Shown: positions 25,240-38,490, counted from the first letter of the stretch. The stretch is DNA of 48,916 nt from Girardia tigrina (GCA_001938485.1 MQRK01179932.1:1-48916), one strand, 5' to 3'. Notes: generated by a model not told the origin, from the letters alone. A program made the numbers and translations.

Positions 25240-25780
25240 ATTTTTAAAAATTTCAATTATTTTTCAAATAAATCCAAAACATAATTGACTATGAAAGCAA
25301 ATTTAATTTACCAATATAAATGTGACAAATGTGAATCCTTGTACATTGCATAGACAAATAGTCAGCTCCGTATTAAAATTGCAGAACATAAATAATCAAT
25401 CAGGAAAAGCTAAATTTTGAATAACATTGTGAGATGTCCTGGAACTCACTGGAAGGTACCATGATATTGATTTTCAGGTTTTGATTAGTAACTTTGGTCA
25501 CAATTATGAAAGGACAATTACTGAAGCATTGTTATTAAAGTTTTATAAATCTGGTTTTACGTGCAAATTGATTCGTCCTATCGTGCTAAATTATTTGAAT
25601 GTAACGCGTTGTGACGTAATGGTCATCTTAATATATAAATAATTTCATTTTACTTATTTAAAAAACTGATGATGCCGCAAAAGTGGCGAAACATGTTTTT
25701 GAATAAAATTTTAAAATTGAAATGTCTTTATTTTTTTCTTTATTAACTAATTTACCATTTACTACTCAACCATTAATGTA
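25240..25780 (+). mobile_element. Penelope-like element 3' end (GIY-YIG endonuclease remnant plus pLTR with HHR)
   Basis: From 25291: MKANLIYQYKCDKCESLYIA*TNSQLRIKIAEHK, then FQVLISNFGHNYERTITEALLLK. An HHR follows. Confidence 0.85.
25660..25705 (+). ncRNA. Minimal type-I hammerhead ribozyme (PLE-type)
   Basis: AAA CTGATGA T GCCGC aaaa GTGGC GAA ACATGT T TTT, lying ~60-100 bp after the GIY-YIG remnant. Confidence 0.75.
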
Positions 25781-28700
25781 AATAAGTAACAATAAGTTAC
25801 AAATATTAAAAACCAAGAGATTCTGAATATGTTTAGAGATCCATGAAATCGTGATATCATTTTTTACAAAATTTAATTTTAATCTATTATTAGTTAATTT
25901 AATACATATAAGTTTTTAAAGCCTTCAAACTTTCAAATTAAATTTCATTACCCCACTTCACGAATGACGAAATGAGTCTTGTTATCATGATGCTGCATTG
26001 AAGAATTAGAATTTTCAATCATATCAACACAAATTTTTATTTTCAAGAAAAATGTATTAGTATCACAAATACAAATTATGCAATAAAATTAAAAACGAAA
26101 TTTTTTTAAAAAATGTCATTTCGAAAATTTTCTGAGAAAACATTTTATTTTTATGTATATAAATATTTATTATAAGAGTTTGTTTATTTAAATATCTTTT
26201 TTTTTAATTTATTTAATTTAATTGTCTTAAAATTTCTATGAAACGTTTTTAATATTAAAGTTCATTGTATACATGAAAAATTTTAATTTCATTTAAATCC
26301 CTAACAGGTTCAAAGTGAAATCCCAATGATCAAAAATATTTAAATTTAGTTATAAATGTAAATATTTTAATTAAAAACTCAAAGAATCTTTACACCTTAA
26401 GTTCTCAAATTTTACTCAAATTCGTCTTTAAGAATCTTGGAATTCTCAGAATGAAAACTTTTTAAGAACATTATATCTAATTTGTATATAAATATTTATG
26501 CTAACAATCATATATTAAATAATAATTCAAAAATTAATAAAGTTATAATTTGGTTCATATCTGATTTACATAATATAATATATAAATATTCACAAGGTTT
26601 TATAAGAGAAAGTTTTATATTTATTTCGGTAACGTTATGGTAACCTTTACATATTATTAAGTAAGACCTAAATGATGGAATGTCTCTTGGAATGTCTCAT
26701 TCAGATTCAGTTATACAGAATCTTTCAATAATCTCATAGTGTAATTTGATAAATTTTAAATGAGAGAAACATTTTGCTAATAAAAACGGAATTATATACA
26801 TTTTACTACATAAATTTTGTAACTATTAAAGGTAAATTTAAAATTAGGTTATTAGCTGATCTGTAATGATGAACTATAAAATATTGTGAAGTATTGGGAT
26901 TTTGTGTGGTATAAATCGGATTATCCGATTCGGACAATACGTTTTTTAGATGTATTTGAATGTCCAAATTATTTTTGTGATTACTGAAATCATCATTGTT
27001 TTTTTGTTCTGAATTCTTTTTCTTTCTTTGGAATGAATAATTCAGGTAGTTGAACTTATATGATTCGCTTTTAATAATCTGTTTTTTATTTTTCTTTAAA
27101 TTAATTATGTGAAGAAATAAATTATTAAAAATAAAGAAAAATAAATAAAATCTTTGATCTGTAAAACTGATGAACAAATATCATTTTCTACAACTTTTTG
27201 GGGGTATTTAACCCTATGTCAGCACAGTAGAAATATGTAACAATGATAATATTGTTGGATCTAGAAGACCCATAGAAATCTTCTTAATTTTGATATTTAA
27301 AAGAAATTAGTAGGGGTGACTGTCAGCTCCACTTACTGAGTCGTGTGACAACTTGGTACAAAAATCTTAAGAAATACGCTATTTCAAAATGGCGCGGGTC
27401 AAATAGCCCCAACTGTACGATCCCCCGATTAAATAGTTTTGATTGTGGAATTGTATAAGCAACATTTGTTTGATCTTCATCTGATCTGATAATGGCGGTT
27501 AAACTATCGGAATTAATAATCAGTAATAAATATTTTAATAATCCTGATAAATTTGATTTGTTAATATAATCTTTTTTTAGACAAAAGAAAAAAACAGAAA
27601 ATTATTTTAAATGTTAAATTAAATTCAATGATTTATTTTATTATTATATTACATGAAAAAGCGAATTTATTTCCAAAATAAGTATTGTAATAATTGTAAA
27701 CGATTTGTCTTGGCGATACGAATTAATATGAGATTGATGATTATAAACCAATTTGGTTGGAATACATCGAAATTGGAATTTAATCTTTATTTCACAGATG
27801 AATTTCTTTTGATAGTAAAATAGAATAAAATAAGCTCGTTAAACCGATTTTCAATTATTATTTTAATCTTAAACTTTTAGATAAATTTATTCGTTTTCAA
27901 TTATGAAAATTTTTTATGACTTTTGATGAGAGTTTTCATTTTCTTTTAGACTTTTTAAGCCAAATAACAACAAAAAACGTTAAAAAGTTATTATTTTTTT
28001 ATCAACAATTGGATTATTGTGAATGGGTTCGGTTTTTGTTTTCTATTTTATTTTGATTTAAAAAGGAAAATATTACAAATATTTTTAATTTTAAAAGTAC
28101 TTTTCCATTATTTTGATTATTATAATAGCTTTATTAGAAAAATAATAATAAAAATAAATGTGTCCCTCAAACATGTTATTCCAGGCTAAACCTTTTTTGA
28201 TTCCATCCGGGACCACCCGAAATATTATTTTATATTTATAACCATTATTTTATTTGATCTATTTACAGTGTATTGAATTAAATAATTTTAATAATTTATT
28301 TATATTTTATTAACAATATTATTGAATCATTAGAAATTTTAATTATATTAATATCAGAAATTAGTAATCATAAAATATTAAATTCTGGTTAATTCAAAAT
28401 TTTCGGAATTTTTCGATATTGTATTACATGGTTGTTTATAAAAATCTATCTATTAATATAAACACAAAACGATGAATCAATTATTAATAAATTATATTTT
28501 ATTGTTTTTCAAAATTTTTTAAAAACAATGAGTCTTCATTTTGTAAAAAAATATATAAATAATTTAGTAATATTGTGACAATGCTATTTAATTCTTCATA
28601 CATTTTCATATGAATTATTTTAATTAACGTTGATGAACAAATATAAAAAGTAGATTTTTTATAATTTAGATTTATTTGGCTGGGCGCGGTTTTTATTGCG

Positions 28701-30791
28701 CGATTCTCGGAATTGGATTAAAAATATTAATTTAAAAACTTTATAATTTATCTTATGTCTTTTATAAAATATTTTTATTATAAAATAATAAAAAATAATA
28801 TAATATTGATATAAATAGTAATATTAATAATAATAATTACAAACACTTTATTATTATTTCATCATAATTTATGACATCACGATACATGTTTACGTCTCAA
28901 TTTTATTTCGAAATGAAGGTCTAGGAATGATTGTTTTATGATATTCACTTTGTTTACGACTAAGTTCGTAAAAGGTAAAAAATCTTAGTCACATTTTACG
29001 AAATTAATATTTCATAATGGGTGAAGATTTAAATATTTTAAGTATCTAAATATTTTTAAATGTATTTTAAAATATCTTTTTCCTTTAAACAAATAGTAAT
29101 TTATTAAAATAAAAATATTTTTAATATTTTTTTTAAAAAATTCAAATCATTTTTTATTATTTTTATTTTTTTTAATTTATAATGAAATATTAATTTGTAT
29201 TAATTATTTTATTAACAATTAAAATTTTTTTCAGTTATTTTAAATTTAATATTGTTTATTATGTCAAGATATTTTCATTTCTTTGAATAATAAATAAAAA
29301 ATTATTATTTATTTGTTTTATTACAGTATATGTTATCATTTAGAAAAATGGTTTTCTAATTTTACTTTGTTAATAAACAAAATGATAATTTTTTAATTAA
29401 TTTTGGCCTATTTTTATCATAAAAGAGGATATGAAACCACATTTTGTATGGATTAAATTCATAAATTAATTCTTAATTGCAGAAAATAGAAAACTATTCT
29501 TCCATCTCAGATTTCAGAGTTTGATCGAATCGAATTTCTGGGTTTTTAATTAATTTAAATATTAAAAGAAACAAAACAACCATATAGATCCTGGTCAAGT
29601 TTTTATAAGCTGGTTTCTATTATTTTAAAAAATGATTTTAAATTTCAATTAATTTATAAAATAATTATTGTAATTAATTATATTACTTCTCATTAAAATT
29701 GAAATAAATTACAAACGGTGCGGAACAACAGTAAACAAATTGTCACAGTTCAATCTAAATTAAAAGAAACAAAATAATTCCCTTAAACTATTGATTATAT
29801 TAATATTTTTTAATCCGTTCTTTTTATTATAAATAATTCTTTTGGTAAATAGTTATACAAAAATGTCATTATAAATGTTGCCTGGTGGTCTCCTTCGAAC
29901 ACATTTGGACCAGTTCAAATATGCCAGTTAGGATAAATTATCAGTGAATTTAGGAAATATAAAGTTAATCCTTTACATTTTGGTTTTTATTATAAAAATA
30001 ATAAATATATATAATCTATTTCTTAATAAAGCAATAATTGCAATGCACTGGTTATTCCTTTAAAGGCAACATCAATATAATTTATATAAACAAAGATTTT
30101 TTAATACACGTAATTGATTGTCACCTTGTGCATTTCTAAAATTAAAGTAATTTTTCATCAAACTATCAATATGATTAATTATAATTAAGAAAATATAACT
30201 ACGAATCAATGTACACGGAATTCAGAATTATATAAAATAAACGTATTATGTTGAGTGGAAATTAATTTGCAAAGAATCATACTTTTTTAAGATTTTACTA
30301 TCACAGAACTTGACTTGTTGTAGAAAAGGGTGTAAACTTCATTAAAAAGCTCATTATACAGATTAATAAAAGAAATATTCGAAATACCCTTTATTAAATA
30401 TAACCATATCTCGATGTCTTTGCCAAACGTCCTTAAAAGTAAAACCAGGTCTGGTCTGAGAACCATTGAGCCAAACCGCATATTCACTAAAGCTTTCTCC
30501 TTTTGAATGGTATTTTCTTCCATCGATGACATAAATTCACTCTGAACAGCACTTTGAAAATTTTTTGCTTAGAAGTAAAATTTTGGTCTCTGTATGATTT
30601 CCCTCAAGGTAAAAAAAATCTTACATAAAGTAATATTTCCAAATTATTTTAGAGGGATAAATGTGTAGCTTCAAGAGAAATCTTAATTGTGCTTTAATGA
30701 AACTAATATTTGTTAAATATAATATTGAGTTTTGTGAACGCAAGTTTAATATTTTGAAAATATAATTTGATTAAAGCTTTTTTTATATAAT

Positions 30792-30835
30792 TATTGGACA
30801 AGTTTCGATGCTTACATACATCATCATCAGCAATA
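30792..30835 (-). ncRNA. Minimal type-I hammerhead ribozyme (left arm of foldback)
   Basis: Minus strand: TATTG CTGATGA T GATG tatgtaag CATC GAA ACTTGT C CAATA. Perfect 5-bp stem I, 4-bp stem II and a GUC cleavage triplet. The stem III palindrome has one change. Confidence 0.8.
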
Positions 30836-31209
30836 TTTGAAGATTTAGTATTTTAATATTTGTATAGTTCAATATTTTAATTGTTCTTAATAATATGATT
30901 TTAAAAGGTATATTAAGTTTAAATGGAATAATTTAAAAAATATATTATAATTTATTAAAGTATTATTAATTATTAATTTTTAATAATAACATTACTCGAT
31001 CGACTCATTTGCGAGTGCTCACTAATCCGGGTTTTGAGATGACGATTTGTCTCTCCGATGTACGAGTTTAATAATAATTTAATAATACTTCAATAAATTA
31101 TAATATATTTTTTAAATTATTCCATTTAAACTTATACTTTTTAAAATCATATTATTAAGAGCAATTAAAATATTGAACTATACAAATATTAAAATACTAA
31201 ATTTCCAAA

Positions 31210-31253
31210 TATTACTGATGATGATGTATGTAATCATTGAAACATGTCCAATA
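31210..31253 (+). ncRNA. Minimal type-I hammerhead ribozyme (right arm of foldback)
   Basis: TATTA CTGATGA T GATG tatgtaat CATT GAA ACATGT C CAATA. Intact core and palindrome with a GUC triplet, but an A:C mismatch at the base of stem I. Confidence 0.75.
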
Positions 31254-32001
31254 ATTTTATAAAAAAGCTTTAATCAAATTATATTTTCTATATATATATA
31301 ACTTATTAGAATTGAATTAATCACATATAGATTATTAAGAGGTTTCTTACGTTTTATCAGTATTATTAAAAACTTATAGTAAATTTAGAAGAAACTCATT
31401 CTCAAGATAAAACAATATTTAGGCGCGAGAGAATTTTTAAAATGATTTACATAAATTTTTAATATTTCCTTTTTAAGTAAACGCTGATCATCATTGTTTA
31501 ATTTAAATGTAAATAATTAATTTTTCTAGACTTATACTATTATTTTCAATTTTCGGAACGAATAGGAAAAAAATGACAAGAAAATAGGAAAAACTTCAAA
31601 CTTTGTTGTATAAAATGTTATTGAAAGAAATTACAAGTAAAAATTAAAAACTTCATATCAAAATAGATTATATAAATGATTTATTGTTTCAATTCAAAAA
31701 CTTATCGAATTGTATAACATTATATTTCTTTATTCTTCTGAGGAATTATAAAATTCCTCTGGATATTTTCTGTGATATTTAATTTTTACCGTTTAGGGAA
31801 TCAAACAAAAAAACTAAATTAATTGAAAATTTAACATATATCAGGAGCTTGATCTGATCGGGAATAAATATAGATCACTGATCCTCAAATGTATTAGAAA
31901 ACTTCAAACTTTAATAATTTTTTAAAAGCATTGCTTTTGGGCATTAAATTTGATCGAGATATATTAGAAATTGATCTTATATATTACTTTCCTAATTAAT
32001 G

Positions 32002-32003
<2 letters not shown>

Positions 32004-32037
<34 letters not shown>
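32004..32037. repeat. (AT)n microsatellite
   Basis: Direct observation. Confidence 0.95.
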
Positions 32038-32039
<2 letters not shown>

Positions 32040-32099
32040 AATGTATATATATACAAATTTTAAGTCTCTGAAACCATTGATTTTTTTATATTAAATTCA

Positions 32100-33790
32100 T
32101 TTCTGGATAAGAAAAACTTAATAATTTTAAGATTGATAAAGGAACTTAACAAAAAGTTTAGAAATCAACTATTAATAAGAAAAGTTTCAGAACACCAAAT
32201 TCTTTAGCAATTTAATTCGATTAGAATGGTAGGTTTGGATCTAAAATATTATTACTGTTAAGCAATGCCTGATGTTTATCATTATCATCAAATTATAGAA
32301 CGTTACTAATTGCTAACACTTAAGAATATAAATATTGCCATTATAATTTCAATTATAAACATTTAATAAAGTGGTTGCAAATTAGATTGAAAATTGATGT
32401 TCTAAGGTTACTGGGCTCTATAAATTATGATTCAAATGATACTCTTTTAATTATTTCACCGCGCAGAACATTTAGATTAGAATATGAAGGAACCACGAAA
32501 ACCAACCAATTCGAAATTTTATTCTGGTAAGTTAACCTGAAGAACATATTAAAAAAAAAGAAACCAATATGAAAAGAGTAATTTTCACATTCTCAATTTT
32601 AGACATGAATATCATGAATTTCACAAACATGAATTTTTAGACGTTGCAAAAATTAAAAAAAATTGATTAACTAAACCGTCTAACAGTAACACATTTAGGC
32701 CGGATGTCATCAATATAATCTACATGGCATTTATACTCTAGAGGTTTCTTGTCCGGAAACAAATGGAATTTTTCTTCAATATTTCTATCAAGTATAAACG
32801 CTAGCATAAAAACGCTATGTTGATAACATTTTTTCTTTTAAATCATAGGAATATAGATCATTTTTTAAGATTCTTAATTTCTCGGTACCAAGTATTAAAT
32901 TTACAACAGAAACAGAGAATAATAATAAATTATCTTTTTTAGATTTACTAATAGAAAAGAAAAGAAATAATTATGACACCAAGATTCACAGAAAGAAAAC
33001 TGATAAAGGGTTGTATACATTTATAGTATGATTATAGGGTTAACTTATCGACCTTAGTCATTAGCATTAACTTTTTCAAAATTTTTTTGGTTATATTAAT
33101 CGATTTACAAAATTATTGAATACAATGGTTACTAAAAATCAATTATTGAATAATTGACTAAAGAAACAATCGATAAATTAATCAATAAATGATATAAAAG
33201 AACCACCTATTTTAAAATACGTTTTGAGTATTTCAAATTTTCAAGGTTTTGGTTAATTTACACGTTCAATTTCGAAATTTGTAAATACTATTTTTAATTT
33301 ACAAATAAGATTGCAACATTCAAAATCCAAAATGTATTTTATAAAAAATCTCCTACCCACTGTAGTATTGTTTTTGGATCTTGTTTATCGATTTACATGA
33401 AATTCAACATATATTCGAGAGACATCTGATCATCTATTTAGCAGATTCAAAGAACATGCCGTAATGTTGGTGAAGTACTATCACAGAACACATAAAAGTT
33501 TTGGAATTGAATGAAAATATTAGCATAAATAATTTTAAAATTCTGGTTGCTCAGTTTAATAATTATTGGGAGAGAGTGACCTGTAAAGTACTATGTATCA
33601 GATCTTTAGATTACAAGATTAATGTGCAAACGGGTCTCTCGACAACCTAATTGAGTGTATTTAGATGATTCATTGGCTACATAATCACTGCTTGCCTACA
33701 TAAGCAAATTTAAAATTCATAATTTCTTTATGGCCTGTCAATGACAGTTATACTGTTGAAATTAATAGTCTGTAATAATATTTTTTATTT
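32100..33790 (+). mobile_element. Longest Penelope-like element remnant (RT + GIY-YIG + decayed HHR)
   Basis: Motifs in order: KIDKG (~32130); KRYVDNIF (~32810-32833, YVDD site); PSIKFTTETENNNKLSFLDLLIEKKRNNYDTKIHRKKTDKGLY (32888-33016); LVYRFT*NSTYIRETSDHLFSRFKEH (~33380-33457); NFKILVAQFNNYWERVTCKVLCIR. HHR relic at 33732-33770. Confidence 0.85.
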
Positions 33791-35759
33791 TAATGGCATC
33801 TTATTGTTTTCAAAAAAATGCCATTATTTTTTAATTATTTGAATAATTAATATTTTATTATATTATTAATGTTACTGAGATGCATATAACGATTACACAT
33901 CATCTGATATTTTATGGTAGTTCCTCTGAATATGAGATTTATGAGTTTAAAAATAATATTTTAAAAGCTAAAAAGGCATAATTACATATAATGAATATTT
34001 CAGTGAGTAAAATCGATGAAATATTGACCAGTTACTGTTACTTCTATAAATTTTGTTAGAATATTATTTAGGAATATAGATGAAATGACTGCGAGGCTAC
34101 AGACTCATTATACATAAGCGAGTCTAAGAATATAATAAAAATATTGTAAGCCATTTAGTTACAATTTATTAATTGATGTATTTTAATTTATTTGATTAAA
34201 TAAATTAGTAAAGAATTACCTTATTTATAAATAGGTTATTAGACATTTTCAAGGATATAAAATTAATGTTTGTTTTGTCAAAATTAGTTATCTTTAAATA
34301 AATTTTAAAAGAACTTTCAAATTTTCATTTTTATATTTTAACATTTTTTTAAAATATTAATATTTATTTACTTTTATTCTTAAAATTAAGTACACCAGGA
34401 AATAATTTATTAAATCTCTTATAACATAATTATCTTACTATAAATGGAAAGAGAACAATTAACTTAAATTATTAATTTTATTTTTCTTTTTATATAAAGA
34501 ATTTGTAAAATAATCAGTAAAATTGGAAGTCAAATAAATAAATCAAAAAATTGAGAGATTTGGGGATATTTTATTGGAGTTAAAGTTTTATGATAATAAT
34601 AATTACCAATTACAATAACGAATTTAGATAAATTAAAATCTTTGATATGGAAACTTTGGATGATATCTAATGTTCCTAAAGAGGGTTGACTACATTTAAA
34701 AATCGGGAAAAAAATTATATTAAAAAATACCAACCCTATTTGGTTAAAGGAATTTCTGAATGCGCTGCTGAATTAATTACACAATGATTATATAATCATT
34801 ATAATCTGTCAAGTACTTCATTATGATTGGGTGAATCACTTTGCGCATTCAAACAAATTTTCTAAAATAATCGTACCTATATTTTATTTAATTAATTTCA
34901 TACTTCCATTTTAAACAAATTCTTCAATTTCTTCCTTTTTGAAGTATCGTTAATAAATACACAATTAAAAAACATTTTTTTCGATAATTGAATCAAGTAA
35001 CATTTTTATTATCAAATGCAATCGGATTTGTTTATCTTCGTCTTGTTTGTTTATACTTTGACAGCACTGTTAAAATCCAAATGCCAAATATCAACTTTAA
35101 ATGAAAGTGTCAATTTTGTTGTTTGAAACAGAAAAATGTCAGTATAAAAGTATTTAAAAGCATTTCAATAAATATCATTCAATGCTTTAATAACAACAGT
35201 CAATGTTTTTTTATTTTTCTTGAAATTTTTTACAAGAAATTTTGATATAATTTTAAATGGATTCAGTTGAAAGAACTTCAAAGGTATTTTAGAAATGGTA
35301 TATAAAATATAAATGTCATTTAATAGCAATTAATTTTTCAATTTTCTAATTAAACATATTCGATTAATCAGAAATTTTATCGCAATTTCAATATTTAGAC
35401 AAATTATAAAATAAAAAGAATTAATTTCAAATTTTAGAATGAATTAATAAATAAATGATTTATTTTTTGATTATTTTTTCAATATTAAATAATTTAAAAC
35501 ATTTTATTAAAAATAGTGTTTTAAATTTCATGCTAAAAAGGTCAAAGCTAAATTATTAATTAAATAAAATAATATTAAAGTGAAAAAAGAATATAGTATT
35601 AGAAAAATTGATATTCATAAATGAAATAAATTCGTTCAGAGGAACAATGATAGAGAGTAACGTTAGGCTATGTAAGATAAAATCCATCATGACGAGACCA
35701 AGAGGAAAGGTAATGGGGAAGCATGTTGAGATTGTAAAGAAACATAATTTATAAGAATA

Positions 35760-36110
35760 TCGATCATTTCAGAATTGTCCTTGACATCTAAAATGAGACT
35801 TCCTTATAGTTTAATTAAAATACCATCTACAGAAGAAAAGCTTGTTTTGTTTACAAATTGTGACTGGTGTCCAAACTCGTACGATGGAGAGAACAAATGC
35901 CATTTCAAAACAAGAATTAGTGAACATTCACATTCTAGTAGATTGAATAAGATTGTAGATCACTGAGTCAATTTCGAAAGACGACTTTTCTATTCTTCAA
36001 ACGACTTTTGATTATAATTATGATAGGTTGTATTATGAATCATTAATACTTAGTCATATATTATCCGAAAATAAGGAATTTTAATCAGCCTCAAGATTAA
36101 ATATTTTTAA
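35760..36110 (+). mobile_element. Penelope-like GIY-YIG endonuclease remnant
   Basis: ORF 35775-35966 contains CDWCPNSYDGENKCHFKTRISEHSHSSR, clearly related to the foldback core at 30988-31068. Confidence 0.7.
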
Positions 36111-37909
36111 TTATTTTTTTATTTATTATTTTTATCATCAAATAAAATCAAATTAAAGTGTAATTTTGTATTTCCCTATTTACTCGAATTTTAATGCTCG
36201 TTCAAATTTTGTGGTTCAAATCTGCTCAGAAAAGGTTTGCATATTTATTTATTAGTCTTGGATCCTAGGGACTTGTAATACTCAATTTCTACCGTTGTGA
36301 TCATCTTAAAGTGGCTTTTATTAAGAATTTTATGTTATTTATCGCATTTTATTCCATCTTTTTATGTTAAGACTTATTAGAATAATTATGATAAAAAAGT
36401 TTTTTCTAAGTACTGTTGTTTGAACAACAATATTTTGATCTTAGATTTTTTCTTTTAAAGATTTTTTATCCGTTGAAAGTAAATAATATTAAGACTTTCT
36501 AAGATATTATCATATAAAATTATTATTTTTTCCAAAATTTTCAGTAAAAATAGTTTAAATGTTTCTGAAAATTTTAAACATATAAAACCATATTTTGATT
36601 ATATATATATAATTATATTAACTTTGAAAATTGTCTAAATTGGTTTTAATTTAACAATATTTGTATCGAAATTCATTAAAATAACATATTAAAAACATTA
36701 TTTACCTCAAAAATTCAAGGAATAATTCTATTTTTTGTTTTTTTCTATTTAATTATCAAAGGTTTTTTATAAAACTGTTGTATTAATTGTTTCCAAGCGA
36801 CGAATAATAATCATAATATTCATATTCATAATAGTCGTAAATAGTATTTCTTATACGAATTATTTTCTTTCATTTGTTAAATTTTTGAAAAAAAATATTT
36901 CAAAAAATAAAATATATTCACTTTTCTAATTTTAACTCAAATATACTCAGTATAAAATCTCATCAAGATTTTAATAATCTCATTATTTATTTATTTATTT
37001 TAATTTAACGAAAATTGATATTTTAAAGGGAAATTAACAAAAAAAAAATCTTTATAAATATTTTAAAGTTTTTTAAAAAAAATGGTTTTATTGATAAAAT
37101 AATTTCTAAAATATGAGTTAATTTTTATAATATAAATTAATAATTAATATATTAATTAATAATTAATATTTATGTTTTGTTTGAATATTTTTAAGTTTAA
37201 TATTTCAAAGAAACATTTTAATATTTTTTTCAGTTTGTTTTGTTTATTTTAAGAGTTTTAATATTTATAAATATATAATATGATCTTTGATATTTAGTTA
37301 ACTTTTGAATACAATCTGCTTGAGAAAGTATTTGAAATTTATAATTTTTGTTAATAAAATCTGTCTATTTTGTCTATCTGCTTGTCTGAATGTTCGCGTA
37401 GAAAATAGACTCATCTTTGTTATTAACGAAGAATATTACTGTTATTTGTATATAAAGTTAGAATACAAATAGGCTATAGAAAAACGAAAGAAGTAAATTA
37501 AAATGCCTCGGTGTTAATGAAAACTAAAATGGCTTCTTTAATAAAACAAAGGGACCCAATTAAATACCTATTTTCATGCTTACTCATGTTTGGGATAAGG
37601 TTTCGAAAGCCAACTTGTAACTTATCAGATATATTTTTTATCTAATCCTAAATATGTTTGATATAAAATTAAATAAATGATTAGATTAATATGACTAACG
37701 TAATGTACTTTCAACCTTTTTTATCTAACAAGATACGTTATTCATACATTCTCTTTAATCATTTTACTAATGTTTAATGCTGTTCGGAGAAACCTTTGCG
37801 TTGGTAATGACATCGAATTATTAATTTATTTTTATTTTTAAAGTACTTTTATCATTGTATTTATGTAAAATGTATTCGTAAAATAAATTAATTGTTTCAT
37901 GTTTTCCAG

Positions 37910-38490
37910 ACGAGAGTCGTTACAAGATTCTCAACCAAAACTCAGCAGCTATGGATAAGCTTATTCCAAGATATCTAAGGAGTGCATCCGTAGATATGAA
38001 TGGATCTTTGCATTTATCAATGCCAAATAGTGAAGTGATTAATCCCACACCGACAACCACCACAATGAGCTATACTTATGACTCTAATTTTCAAAACTAC
38101 AATAATAGATTTAAACAAATAAATATGTCTGGTAGTCAAATGAGATCTCCAGAAAAGTTTTCGAAACTCAACAAACTTATTAAATCTGGAGAACTGGTTG
38201 ATTTTTCACCAGATGACGAAAGCCAGAAACGAGGCTTTTTGAATGGAGACCCAATTCAATCTTTGGATTCAATCAAACGAGTCGTTAAATCTCCTATTAT
38301 GTTCCAAACTGTAGAGGAAAATGTCGGAGACACTCACCAAACAGAGTCCGATTCACTTCATGCGAAATTCGGAAACACCAGCGTCCTAGACATTGTGTCT
38401 GGATCCTCGACCAACACGTCTTTGAACGATATGAAAAACAACAATGCCACCAGTAATCAGACAAACGACCGGATGTGTAGCCAAGTGTAA
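37910..38490 (+). CDS. Terminal host coding exon; disordered S/T/N-rich tail ending RMCSQV (class I PDZ-binding-type motif)
   Basis: gttttccag acceptor at 37908-37909, phase 1. The frame is stop-free for ~193 codons with elevated GC (ORF track 37951-38490) and shows no TE motifs. Confidence 0.8.

Larger units (their letters stand above)
30724..31288. mobile_element. Miniature Penelope-like foldback: inverted pLTR arms (~30756-30973 and ~31073-31288) around a GIY-YIG core
   Basis: The ~215-bp arms are reverse complements with scattered mismatches, and each carries an HHR. The spacer encodes NSYIGETNRHLKTRISEHSQMSRSSNV on the minus strand (31068-30988). Confidence 0.85.

Noticed and set aside
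29483-29541. Possible internal exon with AG/GT boundaries
   Set aside because: Weak donor, ambiguous acceptor and no homology support.
30287-30532. 81-aa minus-strand ORF
   Set aside because: No recognisable domain or splice context.
31738-31770. CTGAGGA followed by a hairpin; also CTGATGA at ~15708 and ~27167, and tgatga-gtca/tgac at ~45650
   Set aside because: No GAAA, palindrome or stem I follows, so these are not called as hammerheads.
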